32,000 nucleotides of DNA from Formosa sp. Hel1_33_131 (lineage in GTDB: Bacteria; Bacteroidota; Bacteroidia; Flavobacteriales; Flavobacteriaceae), in the NCBI RefSeq assembly GCF_001735745.1, contig NZ_CP017260.1:180001-212000 (forward strand), in the 5' to 3' direction. The position numbers were made by a program, and so were the translations under genes. Below are positions 1 to 8,536 of the stretch, one piece after another. The notes beneath the pieces are model-generated. The model had not been told where the DNA came from. It saw only the letters and a program-made list of their open reading frames with translations, and ran no database searches. The number at the start of each line of letters is the position of its first letter. Positions within the stretch are counted from its first letter, which is position 1.

Positions 1-1067
1 ATTCGATCATGACCGGTTACGATCTTATCATCAATGATATTAGCTACACAATTGGCCGTCTCTCAGATGTTATTTTTGATGATGATTATACCTTAGAATC
101 TCTGAATAGCAAAAACTACACACATTCCTTGTTTAATGAATATCGTTTTAAAAACAAGCAATTTTCAATACATACAGGGTTACGGACTACGTATTTCTCC
201 ACTTTGAAAACCATTTATTTTCAACCAAATTTAAATGCAAACCTAAGCATCAATAACAATCTTAGTGTACAGTTGTCTTTAGAGAAAACAAATCAATTTG
301 TAAGTCAGATCGTTGAATTTGAAACACAAAATTTTGGTTTAGAAAATCAAGTTTGGGCATTGTCCAATAGCTCCGAAATTCCTGTTTTAGAAAACAAACA
401 AGCCTCGGTTTCTGCCATCTTTAAAAAACATGATTGGTACATAGATGTTGCTGCATATATCAAACAAAGTAACGGAATCACCTCTTTAACAAAAGGATTT
501 AACAGAGAAGTTGCTGATTTTTCTACAGGGAAAAGCGAAACAAAAGGATTCGAGTTAATGGTTAAAAAAGAGTTGAATAATTTTTCTACACTCGTAAGCT
601 ACGCACTCACAGATAATACGTTTCAATTTAAAGATTTAAATAGCGGTGCTGATTTTCAAGGGAATTTTGACATCAGACAGTATTTAACAATTGTACAAAC
701 CTTCAAATTAAATGATTTAGAATTTTCAGCTGGTTGGCGATTTAAAACTCCAAGACCCTATACGCCCGCACTGGGCTTGATTGGTGACAATGCTGATAAT
801 ATTCAGATTAATTATGGCGATATTAACAGTGCGCGACTGGACAACTACAACCGATTTGATGTATCCTCATCCTATAAGTTTAAAATTTCTAAAACACTCG
901 AGAGTACTATCGGAGTTTCTTTGCTAAATGTGTTTAATAAAAGCAATAATATTTCTAGGTATCACAGAATTATACTGGATATAGACAGTGCTTCTTTTAA
1001 ATTAAGAGAACTTAATAAATTTTCAATCGCAAGAACTCTAAACATGAGTTTTCAGCTAAAATTTTAA
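1..1067 (+). CDS. TonB-dependent outer-membrane receptor, C-terminal part (5' end lies upstream of the window)
   Basis: The frame is open from the window edge, with no stop before the internal ATG at 9. The product is rich in beta-strand-like alternating patterns (GFELMVKKEL, VSLLNVFNK) and ends ...NMSFQLKF, the terminal aromatic residue typical of TonB-dependent receptor barrels. Confidence 0.7.
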   Translation, partial: SIMTGYDLIINDISYTIGRLSDVIFDDDYTLESLNSKNYTHSLFNEYRFKNKQFSIHTGLRTTYFSTLKTIYFQPNLNANLSINNNLSVQLSLEKTNQFVSQIVEFETQNFGLENQVWALSNSSEIPVLENKQASVSAIFKKHDWYIDVAAYIKQSNGITSLTKGFNREVADFSTGKSETKGFELMVKKELNNFSTLVSYALTDNTFQFKDLNSGADFQGNFDIRQYLTIVQTFKLNDLEFSAGWRFKTPRPYTPALGLIGDNADNIQINYGDINSARLDNYNRFDVSSSYKFKISKTLESTIGVSLLNVFNKSNNISRYHRIILDIDSASFKLRELNKFSIARTLNMSFQLKF

Positions 1068-1305
1068 GACACCCCTTGCAGCTTGATGTTGTTAAAAACA
1101 CTCATTTATTTGGCTATCCCTATTTTTTTTTATAATTTTATCACTGATTCAGACCCAAGTCTAAATCTTCAGAAGCGATCTAACCAGTCGTAAGATATTA
1201 TTTTTACTATTAGTAACATTGAATGCATCCCTGTGCGCGTCCATTATTGGAGACTATCAGAGTTGGGTGTCAATGTGTAGTTATAAATAATTTAAAACAA
1301 GAACA

Positions 1306-1815
1306 ATGATTAAAAAAATGATTTTAGTATGTGTAATCACATTAACGTTTAACGGGCTCTCAGCTCAAGAAAATATTGTAAAAGCCTCAGGAATTGTTGG
1401 AAATGCTGGTGTTCAATTTGAACGCTCCCTTTCTAACCATTTTTCAATAATTGGACAAGTGGGGATTTCATCAATTACAACAACAGTAAATTCTAACAAC
1501 TCAAAATCTAATGGATTTGGATTTTATGTTGAAGGCAGGTATTACTTTTCTTCTAATAAAGATTTAATGGAAGGATGGCATATAGGACCGTATTACAATA
1601 GCTTCATGACAAAAGATGATAAGGATTTAAAAACTAACATATCCTCTTTTGGATTGGGTACAGGGTATCAATGGGTTTTTGATTCTAAAGTTACTCTGGG
1701 AATTGTATTCGGTGGAGGAAGTTTAAATATTGATAGTGATATACCCGAAATTGAATTTTTAGAAATTTTTGGATTTCTACCACATTTGGGATTGTCGTTG
1801 GGGTATAATTTTTAA
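1306..1815 (+). CDS. Small secreted protein, putative outer-membrane beta-barrel (unknown function)
   Basis: 169 aa. Signal peptide MIKKMILVCVITLTFNGLSAQ. Gly/aromatic-rich alternating segments (GFGFYVEGRYYF, GLGTGYQWVF). C-terminus LSLGYNF ends in Phe like OMP barrels. No family recognised with certainty. Confidence 0.5.
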   Translation: MIKKMILVCVITLTFNGLSAQENIVKASGIVGNAGVQFERSLSNHFSIIGQVGISSITTTVNSNNSKSNGFGFYVEGRYYFSSNKDLMEGWHIGPYYNSFMTKDDKDLKTNISSFGLGTGYQWVFDSKVTLGIVFGGGSLNIDSDIPEIEFLEIFGFLPHLGLSLGYNF

Positions 1816-1875
1816 GGTGAATTTAAACCCAAAACGTCATTGCATTTAGTGTGCATTTGTGATAAATTATTCTAT

Positions 1876-2505
1876 ATGAAAAGAGTACTATTAATAATTG
1901 TATTTTTAATAAGTCCAATTAGTAATGCACAAAAAATTAAAACAATTTTATTTTATAAAAGTGGAGATTCTATTGAAGGATTTTCAAGGGGCGTTAAATA
2001 CGACGACATCAGTTTTTGTAAAGAAAAAAAAGGGAAATACAAAAAAATCGGCATCACTAATATTGATAAAGTAATTCTATACCATAAAGAAGGAAAAGAA
2101 GAATATCATCATATATATGTTAAAAAGAAGAAAAAGCAAAAAGAATTTTTCGCAAGATTAATTTACAAAGGCGTTATTAATCACTATATCTATTCGAGAA
2201 ATAATAGTTTTAACTATACCACATACAATAAAATAAATATTGGTAACGGGACTGTTATTAATCAAGCTAATCAACATAGTGTTGGACGCAATATAAATTT
2301 CTTTTATTTAAAAAAAGAAAATGATAAGCAGGCAGTTTTCATGTCTGATGTCTATTTTTCGATTTTTGGCGAAAAGGTTTTTAGGAAAAATGCTACGAAA
2401 TTTTTCAACAATTGTAGTAAACTAGTGAAAAAAATAAAGTCTAAAGAGTTCAAAAAATCTGATATAACAGAAATTATTGAATTTTATAATAGTGAATGTG
2501 AATAA
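1876..2505 (+). CDS. Hypothetical secreted Lys-rich protein
   Basis: The ORF track starts at TTG 1840, but ATG 1876 yields a clean signal peptide MKRVLLIIVFLISPISNAQ. Very AT-rich coding sequence with a Lys-rich stretch (VKKKKKQKE). No recognisable domain. Confidence 0.5.
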   Translation: MKRVLLIIVFLISPISNAQKIKTILFYKSGDSIEGFSRGVKYDDISFCKEKKGKYKKIGITNIDKVILYHKEGKEEYHHIYVKKKKKQKEFFARLIYKGVINHYIYSRNNSFNYTTYNKINIGNGTVINQANQHSVGRNINFFYLKKENDKQAVFMSDVYFSIFGEKVFRKNATKFFNNCSKLVKKIKSKEFKKSDITEIIEFYNSECE

Positions 2506-2621
2506 CAACTATTGATTAGTAGAGTAAGCATTTGTATGTTGGATCCCCAAGCTATTGAGAGCGTCCACCCTTATGGCCATCAATATAAGAACCTAAAAAA
2601 AGATGTCATATAGCTTTATAA

Positions 2622-3185
2622 ATGCCCTCAAACCTCCCTCTATCATCAAAAGACGCACTCACAACACTGGCCAAAAGTTATGGCATCACTTCATGGAATG
2701 AATTAACCAAATTCGTTAGAAACTTACCTTATGGACGAAATAAAAATCGAACGGATTTTGGATTGGTCTTATCTGAAAAAAGAGGAGGTTGTAGTTCAAA
2801 ACATGCCTTTTTAAAAAGCATGGCAGATTTAAATAAGATTCCAAATATTAGCTTGGTACTAGGAATGTACAGAATGAACGTTTCGAACACTCCGAAAATT
2901 GGTACTGAATTGACTAAAAACGGGATTGACTACATTCCTGAAGCGCATTGTTATCTAAAAATCAATGATATCCGGAATGATCTAACGACAAAGGAATCTG
3001 AATTTAAAAACATCGAAAAAGACCTCATTCAAGAAATAGATATTCAACCCGAGCAAGTCGTCGATTTTAATGTGGCATATCACAAAGCATTTATAAAAAA
3101 CTGGTTAAAAACCACCAACTCAAAATTTAATTTTGAGCAAATTTGGTTCATCAGAGAAAAGTGCATCAAAAATTTAACTCCCTAA
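2622..3185 (+). CDS. Hypothetical cytosolic protein with transglutaminase-like (papain-fold) Cys-His-Asp signature
   Basis: 187 aa, no signal peptide. RGGCSSKHAFLKSMADLNKIPNISLVLGMY resembles the transglutaminase-core pattern G-x-C-x(3)-A...IP...V.GY. It is followed by PEAHCYLKI (His109) and NDIRNDLT (Asp116/120). Assignment is by motif only. Confidence 0.4.
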   Translation: MPSNLPLSSKDALTTLAKSYGITSWNELTKFVRNLPYGRNKNRTDFGLVLSEKRGGCSSKHAFLKSMADLNKIPNISLVLGMYRMNVSNTPKIGTELTKNGIDYIPEAHCYLKINDIRNDLTTKESEFKNIEKDLIQEIDIQPEQVVDFNVAYHKAFIKNWLKTTNSKFNFEQIWFIREKCIKNLTP

Positions 3186-3274
3186 TACAATCTCGAACAA
3201 TTTAAAAGTTTACCAAATGCGTATGCTATTGAAAAATTTTAAATACATTTAACCTCAAACTAAATTCTATTTTA

Positions 3275-6250
3275 ATGAAAAAATTAATCTTCCTTTGGAG
3301 TTTCTTCGGAGCGTTCGCTTTGTCTGCTCAAGATTATTTTCCAAAGAACGACGGAGTGAAATCTAAAAATACCAATTTCACAGCCATTACCAATGCGAAA
3401 ATTCACATAACTCCTTCCGAAAGTATCGAAAACGGCACCTTGTTAATTCAAGAAGGAAAGGTGGTAAACGTAGGGATCAATGTTGAACTTCCTAAAAACA
3501 CGGTTGTGATCGATGTAAAGGGAAAATCAATATACCCCTCATTTATTGATCTTTATTCTGGTTTTGGGGTTACAAAACCAAAACGAGAAAGTGGCGGAGG
3601 CCGATCACCACAATACAGTGCCAGCCGTGAAGGCTTTTATTGGAACGACCACATACGATCAGAGCAAAACGCCATCGATCATTTTAAATACGACGAAAAA
3701 GCGGCGAAGACATTATTGGAAGCCGGTTTTGGAGTTGTCAACACCCACTTACAAGACGGGGTCGTCCGCGGAACTGGAGCCTTAGTCGCTTTAGATTCCA
3801 AAGGCAGTGACTCCCACCGCATCTTATCAGATCAATCGGCACAGTACCTCTCCTTTACAAAAAGTGTGCGCTCACGACAATCCTACCCCTCCTCTATTAT
3901 GGGCTCTATGGCGTTGCTGAGACAATTGTATTACGATGCCGATTGGTATGCAAAAGGAAACGTTCCCACAAAAGACCGGTCAATTGAAGCATTTAACCAG
4001 AACAAAAATCAAATTCAAATTATACAGGCTGGCAGCAGAGCCAATGCCTTACGTGCCGATACTGTTGGCGATCAATTTGGCGTACAATATGTCATTCTAG
4101 GTGGTGGCGATGAATACGAACGTATCAATGATATCAAAAACACAGAAGCAACTTTTATTCTTCCTTTGAACTTTCCGAAAGCCTATGATGTTGAAAACAC
4201 ATTTTTAACCAATTCACTGGAATTAGAAGCGATGAAAGAATGGAACCAACGCCCTGGAAACCCAATGGCTTTAGATGTCAATGGCGTGTCTTTTGCGTTT
4301 ACAACAAAAGGTCTTAAGTCCATGAAAGACTTTAAAGCGAATCTTAAAAAAGCAATTGATTATGGCTTAGACAAAGTCACTGCCTTAGAAGCTTTGACCA
4401 CACAACCCGCTCAAATTTTAGGAAACTCAAAACTTGGTAATTTGAATGTGGGGAGCTATGCAAATTTCTTAATTACTTCTGGGGATGTTTTTGAGGATAA
4501 AACCACACTTTATGAAAATTGGGTGAATGGTTCAAGAACCGTATTTGAAGATTTATCGAAGAAAGATATTAGAGGTAGCTACAGTTTTATGATTCATAAA
4601 GATAACTATGCCCTCAAAATATCAGGGACGCTGAGTAAACTTAAAACGGAGATCACATCGGATTCTTTGAAGTTAAGCAGCAGTTTAAAGTATGAGAATG
4701 ATTGGATGCACTTAATGTTTTCGACCAAAGACACCACACAACAAGACTTTATTCGGGTGAATGCAAAAATTCATTTGGGTATGGAAAACATCACAGGAAC
4801 TGCTACTTTACTTGATGGCTCATCCCCTCCCGTAGAAATCAAACAGACCGAGACAGCTACTGAAAAAGACGAAAAATCTAAAAAAGAAAAGGTCTCAACA
4901 GCGCCGAAACTACTGCCCGTAAGTTATCCTAACGGAGCCTATGGATTTACAGAACTCCCTCAAGCCGAAACGCTATTATTTAAAAACGCCACCGTATGGA
5001 CCAATGAATCCGATGGAATTCTCGAAAACACAGATGTTCTCATAAAAGAGGGTCGTATTTCAAAAATCGGAACTAATCTTAAAAACTCAAAAGCAACCAT
5101 TGTAGATGCTACCGGAAAGCATTTAACTGCTGGAATCGTGGATGAACATTCACATATTGCTGCAGCAAGTATCAATGAAGGCGGGCAAAACTCCTCTGCG
5201 GAAGTGAGTATCGAAGATGTCATTGATGCCGATGATGTAGATATTTATCGAAACCTTGCTGGGGGTGTCACTTCAATTCAGATTTTACATGGCTCTGCCA
5301 ATCCGATTGGAGGACGTTCAGCGCTTATCAAATTGAAATGGGGCGAATCTGCAGAAAATTTAATCTATAAAAATACGCCTAAGTTTATAAAATTCGCACT
5401 CGGCGAAAATGTCAAACATTCAAATTGGGAGAGCTATAATCGTTTTCCACAAACACGTATGGGTGTAGAACAGCTTTACATTGATTATTTCACCAGAGCA
5501 AAAACGTACGATGCTCTAAAGAAAAGCGGAAAACCCTATAGAAAAGATACAGAAATGGAAGTGCTTTCTGAAATTTTAAACAAAGAACGTTTTATAAGCT
5601 GTCACTCCTACATTCAAAGTGAAATCAATATGCTAATGAAAGTCGCAGAGCAATTTGATTTCAACATCAACACCTTTACCCACATCTTAGAAGGTTATAA
5701 AGTAGCTGATAAAATGAAAGCACATGGCGCTGGTGCTTCGACCTTTAGTGATTGGTGGGCGTATAAATATGAAGTCAATGACGCCATTCCTTACAATGCC
5801 TCTATTCTGAACGCAATGGGAGTTGTGACTGCTATTAACAGTGACGATGCCGAAATGTCCAGACGCCTCAACCAAGAAGCTGCCAAAGCAGTGAAATACG
5901 GAGGCACATCTGAAGAAGATGCTTGGAAAATGGTCACACTCAACCCTGCCAAATTACTTCATATCGACGATAGAGTTGGAAGTATCAAAGTCGGAAAAGA
6001 TGCCGATTTAGTACTTTGGAGCGACCATCCTTTATCGATTTACTCCAAAGCTGAAAAAACATTAATTGAAGGCGTTACTTATTTTGACATCGAACGTGAT
6101 TCTAAACTAAGAGAAACAATTCAAGAAGAAAGAAATGAACTGATTCTTATGATGTTAAAAGAGAAAAATAAAGGCATGAAAACACAGCCGATAAAGAAAA
6201 AGGATAAACAGCTTTTACACTGTGACTCCATAGATAATAATCAACTATAA
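3275..6250 (+). CDS. Periplasmic amidohydrolase-family protein, two-module (degenerate N-terminal module plus canonical C-terminal metal-dependent hydrolase module)
   Basis: 991 aa with signal peptide MKKLIFLWSFFGAFALSAQ. The C-terminal half has GKHLTAGIVDEHSHIA (HxH metal motif, nt 5147-5155) and GSIKVGKDADLVLW, typical of COG1228-type amidohydrolases. The N-terminal half aligns to the same fold but reads GKSIYPSFIDLYSGFG. The modules are joined by a low-complexity linker ETATEKDEKSKKEKVSTAPK. Confidence 0.8.
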   Translation: MKKLIFLWSFFGAFALSAQDYFPKNDGVKSKNTNFTAITNAKIHITPSESIENGTLLIQEGKVVNVGINVELPKNTVVIDVKGKSIYPSFIDLYSGFGVTKPKRESGGGRSPQYSASREGFYWNDHIRSEQNAIDHFKYDEKAAKTLLEAGFGVVNTHLQDGVVRGTGALVALDSKGSDSHRILSDQSAQYLSFTKSVRSRQSYPSSIMGSMALLRQLYYDADWYAKGNVPTKDRSIEAFNQNKNQIQIIQAGSRANALRADTVGDQFGVQYVILGGGDEYERINDIKNTEATFILPLNFPKAYDVENTFLTNSLELEAMKEWNQRPGNPMALDVNGVSFAFTTKGLKSMKDFKANLKKAIDYGLDKVTALEALTTQPAQILGNSKLGNLNVGSYANFLITSGDVFEDKTTLYENWVNGSRTVFEDLSKKDIRGSYSFMIHKDNYALKISGTLSKLKTEITSDSLKLSSSLKYENDWMHLMFSTKDTTQQDFIRVNAKIHLGMENITGTATLLDGSSPPVEIKQTETATEKDEKSKKEKVSTAPKLLPVSYPNGAYGFTELPQAETLLFKNATVWTNESDGILENTDVLIKEGRISKIGTNLKNSKATIVDATGKHLTAGIVDEHSHIAAASINEGGQNSSAEVSIEDVIDADDVDIYRNLAGGVTSIQILHGSANPIGGRSALIKLKWGESAENLIYKNTPKFIKFALGENVKHSNWESYNRFPQTRMGVEQLYIDYFTRAKTYDALKKSGKPYRKDTEMEVLSEILNKERFISCHSYIQSEINMLMKVAEQFDFNINTFTHILEGYKVADKMKAHGAGASTFSDWWAYKYEVNDAIPYNASILNAMGVVTAINSDDAEMSRRLNQEAAKAVKYGGTSEEDAWKMVTLNPAKLLHIDDRVGSIKVGKDADLVLWSDHPLSIYSKAEKTLIEGVTYFDIERDSKLRETIQEERNELILMMLKEKNKGMKTQPIKKKDKQLLHCDSIDNNQL

Positions 6251-6261
6251 ATATATAACAG

Positions 6262-7560
6262 ATGAACATTATAAAATTAATTCTACTATCCATTGTTTGT
6301 GTATCTATAGGAAACGCACAACAAACACCCGCAGATACACAGTCAAAGTCAATCGCAATAGTGGGCGGTATTGCACACCTAGGAAATGGGACTGTCATTC
6401 AAAACAGCCTGATCACTTTCAAAAATGGCATCTTACAAACGGTCGCTGAATACAAAAAAACTGAGGCTATTTCTGAAATGGAAGTCATCGATGTGAAAGG
6501 TCAACATATATATCCAGGGTTTATCGTGCCAAACTCAACCTTAGGACTGATTGAAATTGATGCCGTTAGAGCTACTGATGACGATTCAGAACTGGGCACT
6601 TGGAACCCTCACATCCGAAGTTTAATTGCCTACAATGCCGAGTCTAAAGTCGTGGAAAGTATGCGTCCAAACGGAGTGCTTCTTGCACAAATCACACCGA
6701 GAGGTGGTCGTATATCAGGGACCTCATCCATCGTCCATCTGGATGCTTGGAATTGGGAAGATGCCGCGATTAAAACCGATGATGGGATTCATTTGAATTG
6801 GCCAAACACGTTCACGCGTGGACGTTGGTGGTTGGGTGAAGATCCGGGTTTAAAAAGTAATCCGAAATACAGCAGTCAAACTTCTGAAATTGAGGTCTAT
6901 TTTAACAACGCCAAAGCAAATAGAAATAGTGCAAAAGCCAAATTAAATTTACCTTTAGATGCCATGGGTGGACTTTTTGATGAATCAAAAACACTTTACA
7001 TTCATGTCAATGATGAAAAAGGAATTGTAGATGCTATTGAATTTTCAAAATCACAAGGACTTTCAAATACGGTTATTGTTGGTGGTTACGAAGCCTATAA
7101 GCTCGCAACCTATTTAAAAGAAAATGGAGTTTCCGTCTTACTTCAACGCGTACACTCTCGCCCCAACAGTGATGATCACGATTATGATTTACCATTTAAA
7201 ATGGCACGTCTTTTAGTCGAAGCAGGAGTCACTGTAGGCTTAGAAACGAGTGGCGACATGGAACGCATGAATTCTCGGAACCTACCATTTTATGCAGGAA
7301 CAACGGTCGCTTACGGATTGACCAAAGAACAAGCGTTGCAATTAATCACCCTTAACACTGCTAAAATTCTAGGCATCGATTCTAGTTATGGTTCTTTAGA
7401 AGTCGGCAAAAGTGCCACCTTATTTATAAGCAGCGGAGATGCTTTGGACATGCGAACCAACAATCTGACGAATGCGTTTATAGATGGACGTAAGATTAGT
7501 TTAGAAAGCCATCAAACAGAACTGTGGAAACGCTATTCCAAAAAATACGAAAACAACTAA
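6262..7560 (+). CDS. Amidohydrolase-family protein lacking the HxH metal-binding motif (probable non-catalytic paralog)
   Basis: 432 aa with signal peptide MNIIKLILLSIVCVSIGNAQ. GQHIYPGFIVPNSTLG sits where PG(F/L)ID-H-x-H is expected. The C-terminal GSLEVGKSATLFISSGDALD parallels the N-terminal module of the upstream gene. The start is 11 nt after the upstream stop. Confidence 0.7.
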   Translation: MNIIKLILLSIVCVSIGNAQQTPADTQSKSIAIVGGIAHLGNGTVIQNSLITFKNGILQTVAEYKKTEAISEMEVIDVKGQHIYPGFIVPNSTLGLIEIDAVRATDDDSELGTWNPHIRSLIAYNAESKVVESMRPNGVLLAQITPRGGRISGTSSIVHLDAWNWEDAAIKTDDGIHLNWPNTFTRGRWWLGEDPGLKSNPKYSSQTSEIEVYFNNAKANRNSAKAKLNLPLDAMGGLFDESKTLYIHVNDEKGIVDAIEFSKSQGLSNTVIVGGYEAYKLATYLKENGVSVLLQRVHSRPNSDDHDYDLPFKMARLLVEAGVTVGLETSGDMERMNSRNLPFYAGTTVAYGLTKEQALQLITLNTAKILGIDSSYGSLEVGKSATLFISSGDALDMRTNNLTNAFIDGRKISLESHQTELWKRYSKKYENN

Positions 7561-7582
7561 AAATTCTTCTCTGTTATAATTC

Positions 7583-7617
7583 AAAAGTTCGAGTTTCGGC
7601 TTGGACTTTTTTTGTTT
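7583..7617 (+). terminator. Rho-independent terminator after the amidohydrolase pair
   Basis: AAAAGTTCGAG (7583-7593) pairs with CTTGGACTTTT (7600-7610): 11 bp including two G-U pairs, loop TTTCGG, followed by TTTGTTT. Confidence 0.6.
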
Positions 7618-7648
7618 GGGCTTAAAAATTAAACACTATTTTTGTGCT

Positions 7649-8446
7649 ATGGTTAAAACAATAAGCAGTCTTCAAAACCCTTTTATAAAACAACTGGTTC
7701 AACTCAAAGAAAAGTCGAAACTAAGAAAGCAAACGGGGTTGTTTGTCATTGAAGGGAAACGCGAATTGTCTTTAGCTATTAAAAGCAACTACAGCATTGA
7801 AACCCTTTATTATTATGCCGATTTATTTTCAGCATCCGAAGCTGCTTCTTTAGAGACCTATGGAATAGATGTGATAGAAATCACCAAAGCAGTCTATGGA
7901 AAAGTAGCCCACCGTGAAACCACTGAAGGCATCATTGCTGTGGCGAAAGCCAAAGATTTTGATTTAAAAAACTTAAAATTCAAAAGTAAAACCCCCTTAA
8001 TATTAGTGGCGGAAGCGCCAGAAAAACCGGGGAATATCGGTGCCTTACTTCGAACGGCAGATGCTGCAAATGTAGATGCCATTATCATTTCAAATCCACT
8101 GACAGATGTATATAATCCAAACATCATTCGATCAAGTGTTGGCGGAGTCTTTACCGTCCCAATCGCAATGGGAACTTCAGAGGAAGTGATTGAGTATTTA
8201 AAAATACAAAACATCTCAATCTATGCGGCAACACTTCAGGATTCAGTGGTCTATGATTCCATTGATTTTAAGAAAGCAACCGCTCTCGTTGTTGGTACTG
8301 AATCAACAGGTTTAAGTGAACTCTGGCGCGAAGCTGCTACCGTGAAAATTCGCATCCCGATGCAAGGAAAAATTGATTCTATGAATGTCTCGGTTGCTGC
8401 AGGTATTTTAATTTTTGAAGCCAAAAGACAGCGGAAATTTAGCTAA
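7649..8446 (+). CDS. TrmH/SpoU-family RNA 2'-O-methyltransferase
   Basis: SpoU motifs EKPGNIGALLRTADAANVD, VVGTESTGLS and IPMQGKIDSMNVSVAAGILIFE. ATG 7649 (MVKTISSLQNPFIKQL...) is preferred over the TTG at 7601, which lies inside the upstream terminator. Confidence 0.85.
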   Translation: MVKTISSLQNPFIKQLVQLKEKSKLRKQTGLFVIEGKRELSLAIKSNYSIETLYYYADLFSASEAASLETYGIDVIEITKAVYGKVAHRETTEGIIAVAKAKDFDLKNLKFKSKTPLILVAEAPEKPGNIGALLRTADAANVDAIIISNPLTDVYNPNIIRSSVGGVFTVPIAMGTSEEVIEYLKIQNISIYAATLQDSVVYDSIDFKKATALVVGTESTGLSELWREAATVKIRIPMQGKIDSMNVSVAAGILIFEAKRQRKFS

Positions 8447-8536
8447 AAATTACTTTTTAATCATTTGTTAAAACAATTTTTGTAAAAACTAACTTTAGTT
8501 ATTGCGTGTTCCGTTTGATTGTAGTAATTTTAAATC

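Noticed and set aside
1086-1193. 35-codon ORF (MLLKTLIYLAIPIFFYNFITDSDPSLNLQKRSNQS) in the 238-bp spacer after the TonB-dependent receptor gene
   Set aside because: Hydrophobic Phe/Ile/Leu-rich peptides arise by chance in T-rich DNA. There is no promoter box and no conservation evidence available.
1840-1875. N-terminal extensions from TTG starts proposed by the ORF track (1840 for the Lys-rich protein; 7601 for the TrmH-family gene)
   Set aside because: The downstream ATGs (1876, 7649) give a canonical signal peptide and the conserved TrmH N-terminus respectively. The 7601 TTG lies inside the upstream terminator hairpin.
1237-2576. Shared GC-richer motif in two neighbouring spacers: GCGTCCAttaTTATTGG-like at 1237-1250 and GCGTCCAcccTTATGG at 2561-2576, each near CTAT(C/T)(A)GAGAG-like and (G)GATCCC(C) strings
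   Set aside because: The matching blocks are short (7 nt plus 5-6 nt) and occur in a different order in the two spacers. I cannot derive a convincing common secondary structure. This may be chance.
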